From NCBI GenBank assembly GCA_026023565.1, contig JAPETS010000005.1, forward strand, positions 124,001 through 188,000: DNA of 64,000 bases, read 5' to 3'. The notes under the pieces are model-generated. The model worked only from the letters and a program-made list of their open reading frames with translations. It was not told the origin of the DNA and made no database searches. The translations under genes were made by a program, and so were the position numbers. Source of the stretch: Cirrosporium novae-zelandiae (Eukaryota). This document shows, piece by piece, positions 12,521 to 25,186 of this stretch (its first letter is position 1; the number at the start of each line of letters is the position of its first letter).

Positions 12521-13799
12521 GATTTATTAGTGGTGGGAAACAGTTTCGACCAATATCACTAACGTGTATTCTACATGTGACCGAAATCCACGTCTGACCC
12601 CACTACAGGATATCAAATGAAATGGGGCTTCAGCTTTCCTTTACTCGGAACGAGTAAGAAAATCTCACTGCAGCGACATGCTTGCCAAGTAGGATTTCTC
12701 GGTAGGAATCTTGTCATAGAGCTGCGCTTGAAGGAACCCCCAAACAGGTTCTCGAATGATTCGGCGAGATTTCAATGCACATAATCAAGAATACTAACCA
12801 CATCTTCTACATGAGCTGGTTCGATAGATTGGTATAACCGCTGATAGGCTGAGGCTCAAGGATAACGCCAAACGGTCTTCTTGAGATCAACGGCTGTCTC
12901 TAACTGTTGGCTATGGAGATGGTTTCCATATTCTACTCCGGAGATATTGGTGGAATTTTTCATTATGAGTTAATGGTCGAGCCCAATTTCTTCACATGTT
13001 CAATTTTCTTGGAGCCCTCCTCAAAAGGGAAGTTACCAGGAATGTCACCGGCGATGGGCTTAGCTGCTGTAATGCAAGTTTGTTCGCCAGTGTGCCGTTG
13101 AGTTATGCAAAAGACAAGGTGTAAAAGGTATTAATTATTTCTACAACGGTAACATATTTGACATAATATAGTACAAACTATCATTTCATGAGAACCAACA
13201 AAAACACACAATGCTATGAACTAGCGTCCATATTCATCTCAGATAACTCTTTTTTTATGCAACCGCTTAGCAAGATAACAGCATCAAGTATTTTGCTTCT
13301 TTATATATTTTTCACTATGAAGCAGACTTCTCAAGCTCCATATGAGCAAATTAATGAACACTATCCAAGTTAGTTAATATATCCTGGCTTAAAGGTGGCG
13401 ATATTTTACATGAAGCGGTAGAAACTGTATCTTAAGATTATATTCAGGAATATATTATTAGGGGTTCATGACCTATCCCACATGACGGGAGCTAGAGTGG
13501 TGTCGTATGGCCTATTGATAAAGTCGACCTTTGATATGAATATATAATATCTAGATATATATATTGTGTTCGATTAAATTTATTTCATGTGATAGATGGT
13601 GGGGCAGCACGGGGCAGGTACACAGTACATCAAACTACAGTAATATTTAAGCGTAAATGAAAGCTCAAGCTCGACATACCTCATGCAGCCAAGGTGTACG
13701 TAACCAACCAAATGGCTCCTCCCCCTAGGGAGGTATTGACAGTCAGAGCCTCTCCTCCTACTTTTCTTATTTCATGTACTCCATTTTAATGCTTTAACC

Positions 13800-15906
13800 A
13801 TGTTGCTTCCTATGAGAAGGTTAATCCTTCTTGGTGCTTTCGGAACATTCTTTGTCCTACTCTTCAGATTAACCAGACCTAGAGATCAATTTCATTCACC
13901 TGCGACTTCAACAGATTCAGTTTCTCAAATAACTCAGTTGCCGTACTCTCCTTTGCCCGATACATCTGGTACACCTGATACATCTGGTACACCTGATACA
14001 TCTGGTACACCTGATACACCTGATACACTACCACAGGATGGCAAGTTTCGATGGAAGGACCGTTCCCAGCATTATCCAGTGACCTCCTTCATCCCATTAC
14101 CATCTGGCGATCCGAAAACGCTGCCAAAAATCCAGGATGAGAACCGGAAAGTAGAAACAGCTGAGGAACGTCAAGATCGACTAGAGAAGCTCGAGGCAGT
14201 GAAAGAAGCATTCACACACTCGTGGAATGGATACAAAAAGACGGCATGGATGAAGGATGAGCTGGCGCCTTTAACTGGCGGGTTCAGAAACACGTTTGGG
14301 GGGTGGGCCGCTACGTTGGTAGACAGCCTTGATACGTTGTGGATTATGGGATTAAAGACTGAATTCGAGGAAGCGGTGGACGCTATCAAAAAGCTAGACT
14401 TTACATACTCGGAAGGAGAAGAACTGAACGTCTTTGAAACTACAATTCGTTACCTAGGTGGTTTTATATCTGCCTATGATTTAACAGGTCGTGATCCTAA
14501 ATATTCCATCTTATTCGGGAAGGCTGTTGAGCTAGGTGATATGTTATACGCAGCATTTGATACCCCCAATAGGATGCCCATAACTCGGTGGAAATGGAAA
14601 CTGTGAGTTTATTTTCAGCAAATGATGCATCGCTTGAAGACTTATGAGATTGCCAGTGCAAAAGAAGGACACGTACAAGAAGCCGATGAATCGGTCCTCG
14701 TAGCGGAGCTTGGATCGCTCACTTTGGAGTTTACTCGCCTTACCCAGTTGACTGGAGATCCGAGATATTTTGATGCAGTGCAGCGAATAACCGACCACTT
14801 CCAAGAACAGCAACAAAAGACCAAGTTGCCTGGAATGTGGCCTATAGTAGTTAATGCTCGAACCACGTCTTTCACAGGAGATAACACATTCACTCTATCT
14901 GCCATGGCTGATTCTATGTTCGAATACCTCCCAAAGCAGTTCCTTCTCCTAGGGGGGGTCTCAGACCAATACCGTAAAATGTACGAACGCGCCATTACGG
15001 TTGCACAAAAGTCGTTATTTTTCAGACCCATGACTCCCTCCAACGCCGACATACTCATTTCTGGAACAGCGCGTTCTTATCCCGACCAAAAGACCATTCA
15101 ACTTGAGCCCCAAGGCCAGCATCTTGCCAGTTTTGTCGGAGGCATGCTCGGCATTGGCTCAAAGATATTCAACAGATCTGAGGACCTCCAAACCGCCATG
15201 AGACTTGCAAACGGGTGCATATGGGTGTATGAAAGCATGCCTTCGGGAATCATGCCCGAAATTTTTAGCATGATGCCCTGCGAGCAGCCAGGCGCTGAGT
15301 GTTTATGGGATGAACTTAAATGGCGAGCTGCAGTGCTCAACTGGAATGCGGACGAGGCAGAGCGCAAGGCTTACGGAGACTCGACCAAGATGCTAGAATT
15401 AGCAGAAAAGAAGATCCGGGAATTGAGACTCCCGCCCGGATTTTCGAGTATCAGAGATAGGCGATATATCCTCCGGTAAGTTGTAACCACCAGTCTCCCT
15501 AAATCCCATTCCCCATTACAACCCCCCTTAACAATATCTCCCTCATTCACCCATCCACCCACCACCCATCCAATCAGGCACTCATACCAATACACAACCC
15601 AGCCCCGAAGCAATCGAAACCCTCTTCATCCTATACCGAATAACCTCCTCCCCCCACCTCCTCAAAGCGGCATGGACCATGTTCGAAAAAATCAACGCCC
15701 AAACCCGCACGCCCATCGCACACGCCTCCCTCGACGACGTCACCCTCCCCTCGAACCCGCCCAAATCCGACCGTATGGAAAGCTTCTGGACCGCCGAGAC
15801 ACTCAAGTATTTTTTTCTTATCTTTAGTGAGCCTGATGTCGTGAGTTTGGATGAGTGGGTTTTTAATACCGAGGCGCATCCTTTGAGGAGACCGGAGGTG
15901 AGTTGA
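13800..15906 (+). CDS. Class I alpha-1,2-mannosidase (GH47), type II membrane protein
   Basis: N-terminal signal anchor; GGWAATLVDSLDTLWIMGL, NVFETTIRYLGG, AELGSLTLEFTRL, ADSMFEYLPK, YILRPEAIE, DRMESFWTAETLKY, FNTEAHP. Introns 14603-14656 and 15476-15602. Confidence 0.96.
13956..14027 (+). repeat. Coding minisatellite: 3 x 18 bp (PDTSGT) plus 2 x 9 bp (PDT) in the mannosidase stem
   Basis: CC(C/T)GATACATCTGGTACA x3 followed by CCTGATACA x2. Confidence 0.95.
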
Positions 15907-18900
15907 GGGGGGTGTATAGGATTATTTATATATAGAGAGAAAGCGGGTGGGGAGGAGAGACGAAACGGAATGGAATGGATTCATTCTTAGAGGCTCTGTT
16001 GGATGGGATTATATTTGCGCGCCCCTGGTTTGGATATCTAAGTATAGAGAGAGATTGAATGGAGGGATATAAATGATATACAGGTTTGATTAGTCTACCT
16101 ACCTATTTAGCCTACTTGTTTACTTGTTTCTTATATACTGTAGAAAGGTAGAAAGTCGTCTACGTGCGATTTGTACATCTAAACGGGGTTGGTTGATTGT
16201 TAATTGGTTTATATATTGTAGATTTGTAGATGAGTATATATGGGACTCTCTCTCTCTCTCTCTCTTTCTCTCGCCTTCGCTTTATCTTTGGTTAGGGTAG
16301 GGTAGGATAGGAGGTAAATTTGTTCGTTCATAGGTATAGCTATGGCTATGGATACTTGTATGGACGTGTGGATGATGGATGGTGTGGTAGTTGGGTTGTT
16401 GGAGGGTCGTTTGGTAGGTGGGTAGATGGGTGGTAGATGGATAATAGATGGATAGGTAGATGGATAGTTAGATAGAGAGAGACTACGCATGATACGATTC
16501 GATTGATGCCACGGTCATGGTCATGGTCATATATATTATCTTCCATGTACGCCCCATCCCATCCCATCCCATCCCATCCCATAACCCTTCACCAATAAAG
16601 TAAAGAAAAAAAAAAAAAGAAAACAGAGGTCAAGAGAAAAAACTCTTGGAACATTAATGTAGGTAATACAGATTCCATAAATAACATTTATATCATATGC
16701 AAACAAACAAACATTGAATACAAGATTGTCATCTAAAAGTCCCACACACTACTACTTTCCATAGCACCGCTGTTTTTTTCTAATTGATTGATTGATTGGA
16801 TTCATTTTTTGTATATTTATCTATATCTCTTTCCATGCTTCTATATCCCTATATCGCCCAAGCTCTAGTCCTTGAAGATGATATCTCATCTGGGAGGACT
16901 ACTTCTATAAGTGTATATGCGTGCTGAAAAGCTCTTTGGGAGAGGGGCGAGCTCGAAAAGGTGACGCCATGAGCTAGCTCTCGAGAGTTGAAAGAAGGCT
17001 GAAGGCACTTTGGAATGGATGAATTCGTGATTTTGGATTTGGAGTTTTTTCCCCTTTTTGTTGGTAGGGGTTTCTGGTAAGAGGTATATATTTTGTATGT
17101 AATGTATATTTATATATGATTAAGTAGTTAGGACCTAAAATTCAATTAAAGGGAAGACATAGGGATAGAATAGTTAGATGGAATTATATTATATTCTGTT
17201 TTTTTGTTTTCGTGAGCTTATGAGATTAAAAATTGTCATTCTGAGAGAAAGGGAGAGATTTCTTTGGCATGAGGAGAGTAGTGGATAGATTCTACTCTGG
17301 GTACGTTGGAGGTGTTTCCAAACCTGAGCCATTCATTGCATAGAACTGCAGGGAGTAGCTGTATGTGAGTAAGTCACGAATCATGGTGTAGAATTGCAGT
17401 CGGTAGTTGTGTAGGCAACCTGTATGTTTTGCCTCGATATATCATTCTCGTATGACCTACCTGGCACATCTATCTACGTGTGTGTGTGTGTGTGTGTGTG
17501 TGAAGGAGGGGAACATTTTCCAGCTCAGCCTTCCGTTGCTTCATGGATACCCATGAACAAAGCTCATATGAGGGACTAATTGAGGGGTGCTTGCGATCCG
17601 ATATTCCTGCCCAGACTTGACCTCGGGAAAAGTCAACTGGAACAAGATAGTGCCTTGCCCGGCTCCATGAATTTGCGGCAATTCAGGTTTGTCTATTATT
17701 ATGCCACAATGCAACGGTCATGCGAATGTGGGGAGCTCCCCTGAAACTGATATGAAAGGATATTTAGAGGGGAAAGATAGAAGATCAAGAATCATGGGAT
17801 ATTTAGTGACTCATGAGAATACGATAGGGGAAACGTGAAGCGATACAGAGGATTAATTGCTTGGAGATTCGTATAGCTAGCATAGCTATCCGTAACGTAG
17901 CGTGGGATTGTGTATTATTATTATTATTGTTATCGATGAAATTTAGTTGTCAGCAGTCAGTCAGCGGCTATCGGCTAGGGCTTGTGGCAGACCAGTTCGG
18001 ATTTGTTTGGCCGGAGCTACATTGGACAAAGCGAAATTCCCGAAGCCTTGTTTGTTACCCAAACAAGTAAATGCGGTACGAACAGACAGCTTTTTTGTCT
18101 CGGTCCAAAAAGGTACTGCAACCTGGAATATTTTTCACCGCTCCCCTGTCCATGATTCCAGCCCCCAAGGGTTGGGGGTTGGACTGTGAAGGCCGATGGG
18201 GAGCTTTCGTAGCTTTCGGTAGCTCTCTTGGATCGGGGGTTGGTCAACCTTTCTTTTCTCTAGAGATCAAAGACACGTTCACTCTCCCCTATCAATGTAC
18301 AAAATCCCAAGGATGTGTAAAACTCAAAAGGCATGCTTCGAAACTCGGCCATGGGCGGTTGAAGGTTTGGGAGTTGGCGGTTCTGGCGGTGGGTGGTCTT
18401 ACCTGATTTTCAGGGAAAATCCGGTCACATCAAGGGAGAGAAAATCTAAAAAGGTTTAAACGATGGAAGTTGAAACGGAAGGGAAAAAAAGGAATAAATG
18501 ACTAAGATAAATTCGGTCAAATCGGTCACGCGGAAGGAGCCCTCCGACCAAAGGAGAGAGGGAAAAAGGGAAAAAGGGAAAAAGGGAAAAAGGGAAAAGG
18601 AAAAAAAAAAGGGACTCAACTACAACAAAACAGCAACGGATTGAGGGATTAAGGTTTTTAACTTTTTTGGGCATCAAGATCATCATCATCATCATCATCA
18701 TCATTATTATCCCCCATCATCATCATCGCAATAATGACTATGACCATCTCCACCACCTTCAAACGCGAACCGAACTCAAGGAGCCCCTCAGTTAATTATT
18801 CATCATCATCATCTTCTTCTTTCATCATTCATCGCTTCCCCCTTGCCACAATCAACTTCGGATCATCACTCTCTGACCTTATCATGGAATATGCACAGCC

Positions 18901-21900
18901 CGCCGTTGGGCATCAGAGGATTCGAATCTGTCAAAGACATCCCCTCTGTATGTCGCATGGGATGCTAATTCCACTTAGGCCTAAGGTCGTTGATGTGAAA
19001 GATCCGAAGAGGAATATGCAAGTTGTTAGCACGTGAATCAGAAAATATATCCTTCTGGATGAATATGCAGGTTTGTTGCTAGAGCCATGAATCCAAGGGG
19101 TGTTACCGGAGATTAGTTCCGACATACACAATTCATGTAGGCTTGGTTGGGTTTTGATTGATTTGATATTCGTTAGAAATTGATAAGAAATCCCACCGCC
19201 ACAGTCGTGGAAACCTCGAAATAGAGAAAGAGAGAGACCATCTCGGTAAAAAATTAAGCTAGGGTTTTGCAGTCTTTCAATTGTGAACCCAAACAAAACG
19301 AAAACGAAAAAGAAAGAAAGATGCCTGTTCTAAAAAATGCATGAACTGTCAGGTGGACAATTCGGGTAGCTGTAAGTAACTGGAAGTAGCCTGCTCTCCA
19401 AATCCTGACAGGCCGAGATGCATGATAATCATGTAGGTAAGAATGATAAAGGGTCAATAACGCTCGGCTATAGAAGGGAGAAAATGAGAAAAACAGGAGG
19501 CTTGGCCTTTCTGGAACCTCCCCCGTTCTTTGTGGCTGCCACCATGAGGCAACATTGTTGCATATTTGAAGGAGCAATACGAAGCATTCAACGCCGTCAA
19601 TGCATTCCTCCTCCAGCGTGAGCCACGGATGTTATGTGAGGCTTTGGGGGAGGCTTTAATTACTCCACAGACAACGCTCGTAAATAACTAGTTGATGAAG
19701 ATCTCCCGTGGAGTCGATATTCAGTTCCCAGTTATGAATGAAATTTACTTGGAGGGCTGGAAAGGGCCTGGAAGTGGGTTCATGCATATGCCCGCAACTT
19801 CTAGACTCAAAAGACCGTCAGAAACAACCAACGAGGCAAAACATTAGGGGAGATGAGGGCAATTAATTTATGGCGATTGCTGGGATTTATCGGGACTAAA
19901 TTCCTTTCTCAAACAAATTACTGCGTGAGAAAGTCGAGGTACAGCCCGTGGGGTTGGACCTGTTAACATGTAGTTGATAGAGATTCGTTGGCGACCAACT
20001 GATTGAAAGGCCGCCCTGGGGGGGGGGGAGGAGGAGTGAGGCGTCGGGCTTGATCGGCTGTTGCACAGCAAACATTTATTTCAAGGAAGGGCGAATTTGG
20101 TCCCCTCTTCAAGACCAAGATCAACAAGAGAAGAAACAAAATAATCAAAAGAGTGGAAAAAAATAGAAAAAATTAGAAAAGAAAAAATAGAAATGCGACA
20201 AGTCAACTGCAAAAGTCCCTTGGGAAGCATAATAAAAGAAATGATGGAAATGGTAAAATGGTAGGGTGGCAACTCGAACTGGGAATTTGTGCCTTTCAGA
20301 TCTACGGTAAGGCGGACGGGTGAGGCTTTAGAACTGCCTTGGTGTCTCTGATCCCGACATTTCACATTCCATTGAGGATAATTATCTGGTTTCCGTTGCA
20401 TGTCAATGCAATGCCCTGACCGTTGTGGCAAGAAATGCAGAGAAGAAGGGAATCCCAAACTCATCCTTCTGTATGCCAGTCATCTGTCGGAATGTCCATC
20501 CCCCTGTTCCCTTGTTGGTGTAGCATGTTATGTGTAGCAGATAGAGACATTTTTCATCAAGGTAAGAATAAAAAACAAAGATGTATATATATAAAATTAT
20601 ATATATGTATATATTAGCAATTTTGGTATGTTGTATTTTTGTTTTGGGTTAATTCTTTTTTTTTTTTAATTTTTTGTTGTTTTGTTTCAGATGCTTTATC
20701 TCTCTGTTTCTTTCTTATCAATGTTGTAAAGGAACTGGAGACTTTGACGATGTGGATACAAATATTAAAGAGTGGAATTGGATTATAGGATTAGAGTGGG
20801 TAACTCAAGTGGACAGCTCAGATGACCCCAAAAGTATGGAGGTGAAACAAACGTGGGTTGATGATGACATGCTTCCAAGGTGCCAAAGTCCCGAAGATGA
20901 TGAAGCTACATGAAGAATCAAGTGAAAATCAATGCAAATCTTTCTTAGAAGGGTCAATGGGAGGTCATTGGAGGTCATTGTTGGTACATGATCCATTGGC
21001 TCCAAACTTTGAACAAGATCAATCACACCACCTGTTTTGGGGGATGTATCTATTAGTTATTCATTATCTAAAACTCTGGTCGGCCTGTCAAAGTGACAAT
21101 GAAATCATACCACTATTATTGAATGATAAAAATAATAATTGTACTTTTGATGGTCATGACATTGGTGGTGTAGCATCTCTTAAGGAAGATAAGCTCTATT
21201 CAGCCCAGGGATACTACATACCCCACTGGGTAAAAAATGCTCCGCGGGATTGCTTCTTCTTTCTGACCTTCTGGAAAACGTGATTGACTAAAATTCACCA
21301 CACTAGGCTGCTTCAGGAGCTAGGTACCTTAATTATGCCCATTATACCTACACTTGTTCACCTTGGGCACCAGGAGGAATCAATTCAACCAGTTAAGGAA
21401 AGTGGGACTTGGAATAAGCTCTGATACAGTTTGTCGCGTTGATACGGTGGAGAGAGTGGCTATGCAGTTTTACTGTCCGTGATAATTTAGATAGTACGTC
21501 GAGATAGATGGATCTGATCTTGCTCGATATCTGTCCCATTGACCAGGTGGTCGGACACCGGGGAGGGAGATGCTTTGCAAAAGGAGATGAGATGATGCTG
21601 ACGATGATGATGCTGAAGAAAAAAAAAAAAAAAAAATTGAAAAAAGGAAAAAAGCATTGACAAACAATGATAGACACCGCCTCATTAGCCTCACAGGGCA
21701 GAGAAAGTTGGGTCCAAGGACTTCTCGAATCCTCGAATAGACGAAAAAGAAAATTATGCAACAGAGGTTAAAATTGCCAAGTACGTCGTCCATGTGGTGG
21801 TGAAGTGGTGGTGAAGTGGTGGTAGGTTCCTCATTTACGTGTATCGATAACTACAAAGTATGAGAGGGGGAGACAAAGTACTGTCAGAGTTCATTACCCA

Positions 21901-24900
21901 GGTTGTTCCTTGTAACTTGTCACGCGTCTCCAGAACCATAAACGCTCAAGAATACAGAATTACAGAATTACACAGGAAGTACAGGATCCTGAAATGCTTG
22001 TATGCTTTCCTACTCGAGTCTTGTAGGCTAATATTACTTGGTCGTCCATGCGTGGATGATGGCCATGTGGCAGTAAAGGCCGCCAAGTGGCTGCATGACT
22101 AATCTCCTTTGTTTCTTTTTCGCTTAACTACTGGTAGAGGAGGGGGAGGAGGGGGGGAGGAGCAGGTCCTTTAGTCTCCAGTAGTTCTCGTTAGTACCCC
22201 GTTAGTTTCCCTACTAGTGTCACCCTAGTCCTCTTAGTTCCTTACCACGGTAGTTCCACCAGATCCATAAATCATTGTGCAGCATATTCCCGGCAAACGT
22301 CTTCTGACTTGGTGTATGTGTATGTATGCATGTGCATGTATGTATGTATGTATGTATATATGTGTATGTATGTGTGTATGTGCGTGTGTGGGTGACCGGA
22401 TCCTTGTCAAATCTCATCTCATCAAGGGAAAAAAACAATATCAACATCCACATACTGAGTACAGTACATCAGAATACCATATCGAATCATAACATCAAAG
22501 TATCTTCTGTTCCATCTTCTATTTTTTCTTTTTCTTTTATCTTTTTCCTTATAATTTAATTATAGTTAATAGAAAGTATATATACCTCTAAGATAAGAAG
22601 GGAAGAAGAAAAAAAGAAAAACGAAGAAGGAAAAGAAAAATTAAATAATATTAATTAACTTCTAACTTTTTTTTTTTGAAAAGAAAAAATCTTTTTTCCT
22701 TCTACATTTCTTCCTCAACTTTGTTCGCTCTGTGGCTGGGGGGAAACCATACGGAAAATCAACAAACAGAAGGCAAAGAAGAAAGAAGGGATCTTAACAT
22801 CCTAGCCATCCATGCCATGCTCTTATTTCTTAGTATACCTAATGGATCCCTGACTAACAATTATTCCAAAATCGAAAATCCCCCCTCCGGTCTCCATTGT
22901 TCCCGTACTAATTAACTCTACTCAGACATTACACATACACACGCACACAACAGGCTGGGAGCACACATAGTAAAAAGTGACCGATGTGACCGCCATGACC
23001 GCCTTTTTACTAGGTTACAAGGTTTTTATTTATTTTTTCGTTATTTTATTTTGGCCTTGTTTACGCGTTCGAACCGTATCTAGTAAGTTGAAGAACGTTC
23101 GTTTAGTTAAATGATAATCATTCTTCTTTATTCATCCCTCACTATCCCTCACACACACACACGCACACCCCTCTAACAAAAGTGGCCAAGGCGAGAAAAC
23201 CCCTGTCGGTACGTACCAGGTGAGAGAAGGGAATCTTCACAGTTCACACCGTCCACGCCGTCGCTTTCCGTAGACCCCAAGCCTAAGATGGCCTAGGACA
23301 ACACTTTCAAGGGGATCCACACTGCCCACCACCCCCCCCTCCCTCTCCCAACAAGGACCTGACCAGGACCAACCAGGGCCTATCAAGACTTACCAGGTCC
23401 TCCCATTGACCAGGCCCATTTACCCGTTTGCCCATTTGCCCATTTGCCCATTTCTTACCAGTGCCAAAATGTTGTAAATTTGCTGACTAGACTAAATCAT
23501 TTCAATCGAAATCATTGGAATTCATTTGTTCATCCCATTTAGCTAGTGGACCAAAAAAGTAACCCAAGGTAAAAAAGAAAAGAAAAAAAAAGAAAAAAGA
23601 AGGAAAGAAGAAACCCACTTAACCAGGGATTTGCTAATATTATTCATTTCCCTCAGAAAAAAAATAAAAAGAGGCCCCTCATCTTATTTCTAGGGAAAAA
23701 AAGAAGCCTAGGCTATATACAACATACCCCCCACCTCACTCCCCTCCTCTCCCCCCATGTCCATGTCCATGTCCATCCATACCTACCCATGCTCCATGCC
23801 AATACCCAATACTAATACCTAATACCTAATACCAATCAATACCAATCAATACCAATGCCAATATCAATGCCCATGCCCATGCCCATGCCAATGCCAATGC
23901 CAATGCCCTTTATACCCCCATGCCCATGCCCATGCTTGAATTTCTAGGGCAACAGTCTAGGGTCAAATACTCGATCCAGGAAAGAAAAAAACAATTAAGA
24001 GGCCTTAGATTCTATTAGATTTCCTTAGAGCTGTTAGGCTCAATTAGCCAACATTAGCCAGACTTCTGGTCCTTGGACTTGGGACAGCTCCGGCAATTAA
24101 TTATCGAAGCCGCACATTGGCCGGAACCTGTCAGGCGTCGTTTTTTCCATTCTGCCACCAAACTACCTTCCAGTCCATGACAAAGTCTGAGAGAAGGACG
24201 GTTGCTCAACCTTGAATGATCTACCCAGCATCTCCCTTCCTCGGGTCCTGGAGTATCTGGAGATTAATCCTCTAGATTGTCCATTGTACCTATCCACCAT
24301 CACGGAATCAACATTTTACATCCTCCGATCACCATTGGCACATTTTCAACTCTCCCAGTCAAAAAAAAAAAAAAAATATACCTCTTCCACACCCCTCCCC
24401 CCCCCCCCCCCCCCCTCCTCCCTCCCAATCAATCAACAACAAACCCCAAAGGAACTTTGACTCCTACAATCCAAGTCGGAAAAGAAAAACACCCCAGCTA
24501 CACCTGTCTTCGTGTAATAGTGGGAGAGAGAAACGCGAGAAAGAAAATAGAAGAAGAAAGAGAGAGGTAAACTATCCCCAACCTAGCCCTCGACCTTGAC
24601 TGGTTCCTTTGACTGGTAGCCCTCTTGTGAGAGTTCCCACCTTCTTCCATCCGGATTCCACCCAGCAAATCCGCAACATTTTATTGTTGCTTCCGCGATC
24701 ATCTACTGTTGTTCCCCCCGCTCGGATTGTCTGTTACTTCGTTCAACACAACAAAGCTCTCTGGTCATAACGGCTCCACCCTAGCTACCTGTTGGATAGA
24801 CGTTTTTTTTACTCTCTCAACTGAACCTGGGATTTCGAGGTCCGTTGTCGCCTACCACCACCACACTATACCAACTGTCATGTTGTTTGCGTTTGCCTTG

Positions 24901-25057
24901 CATCTTGTCGTCCCATTGAACAAAACTGATAGCTGATAATAGCCCTTCCCCCCAAAAAAGGTGGGATTCCAACAACTGCATTGTGCGACCTCACTCCGCT
25001 GTTCTGTCCGGATTCGCGCACCTGCCTTGGTGCGACGGCAGTGCGCTGCTTGCTCAG
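15907..25057. repeat. ~9 kb gene-free region dense in microsatellites and homopolymers
   Basis: (CT)n ~16246, (CCATC)n ~16553, (GT)n 17478-17502, (GGGAAAAA)n ~18560, (CAT)n ~18680, (TATG)n ~22320, hexamer arrays ~23755-23935, A and C runs ~24361-24417. No ORF with recognisable protein character. Confidence 0.8.
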
Positions 25058-25186
25058 ATGACTGCGTCGTCCGCACACTGCCGAAGATCAGTTTGCTTGG
25101 AACCATTGAGCAATTGAACAATTGAACAATTGGGAGGAATTACTGCTCGCCAGAGCAAATGGATTGCGACGAGCCTAGCACCTGAG

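Noticed and set aside
12700..13110. Minus-strand IAGDIPGNFPF, reminiscent of the aldehyde dehydrogenase PWNFP motif
   Set aside because: Single weak motif with stops around it and no other ALDH signature.
13956..14027. Direct repeats as a CRISPR-like array
   Set aside because: No spacers; in-frame coding minisatellite in a eukaryotic gene.
16209..24570. Many 60-140 aa ORFs in the gene desert
   Set aside because: Low-complexity translations of microsatellites and homopolymers, often with non-ATG starts.
25130..25186. TTG start for the Zn2Cys6 gene given by the ORF track
   Set aside because: The first in-frame ATG after the stop is 25187; no evidence for non-AUG initiation.
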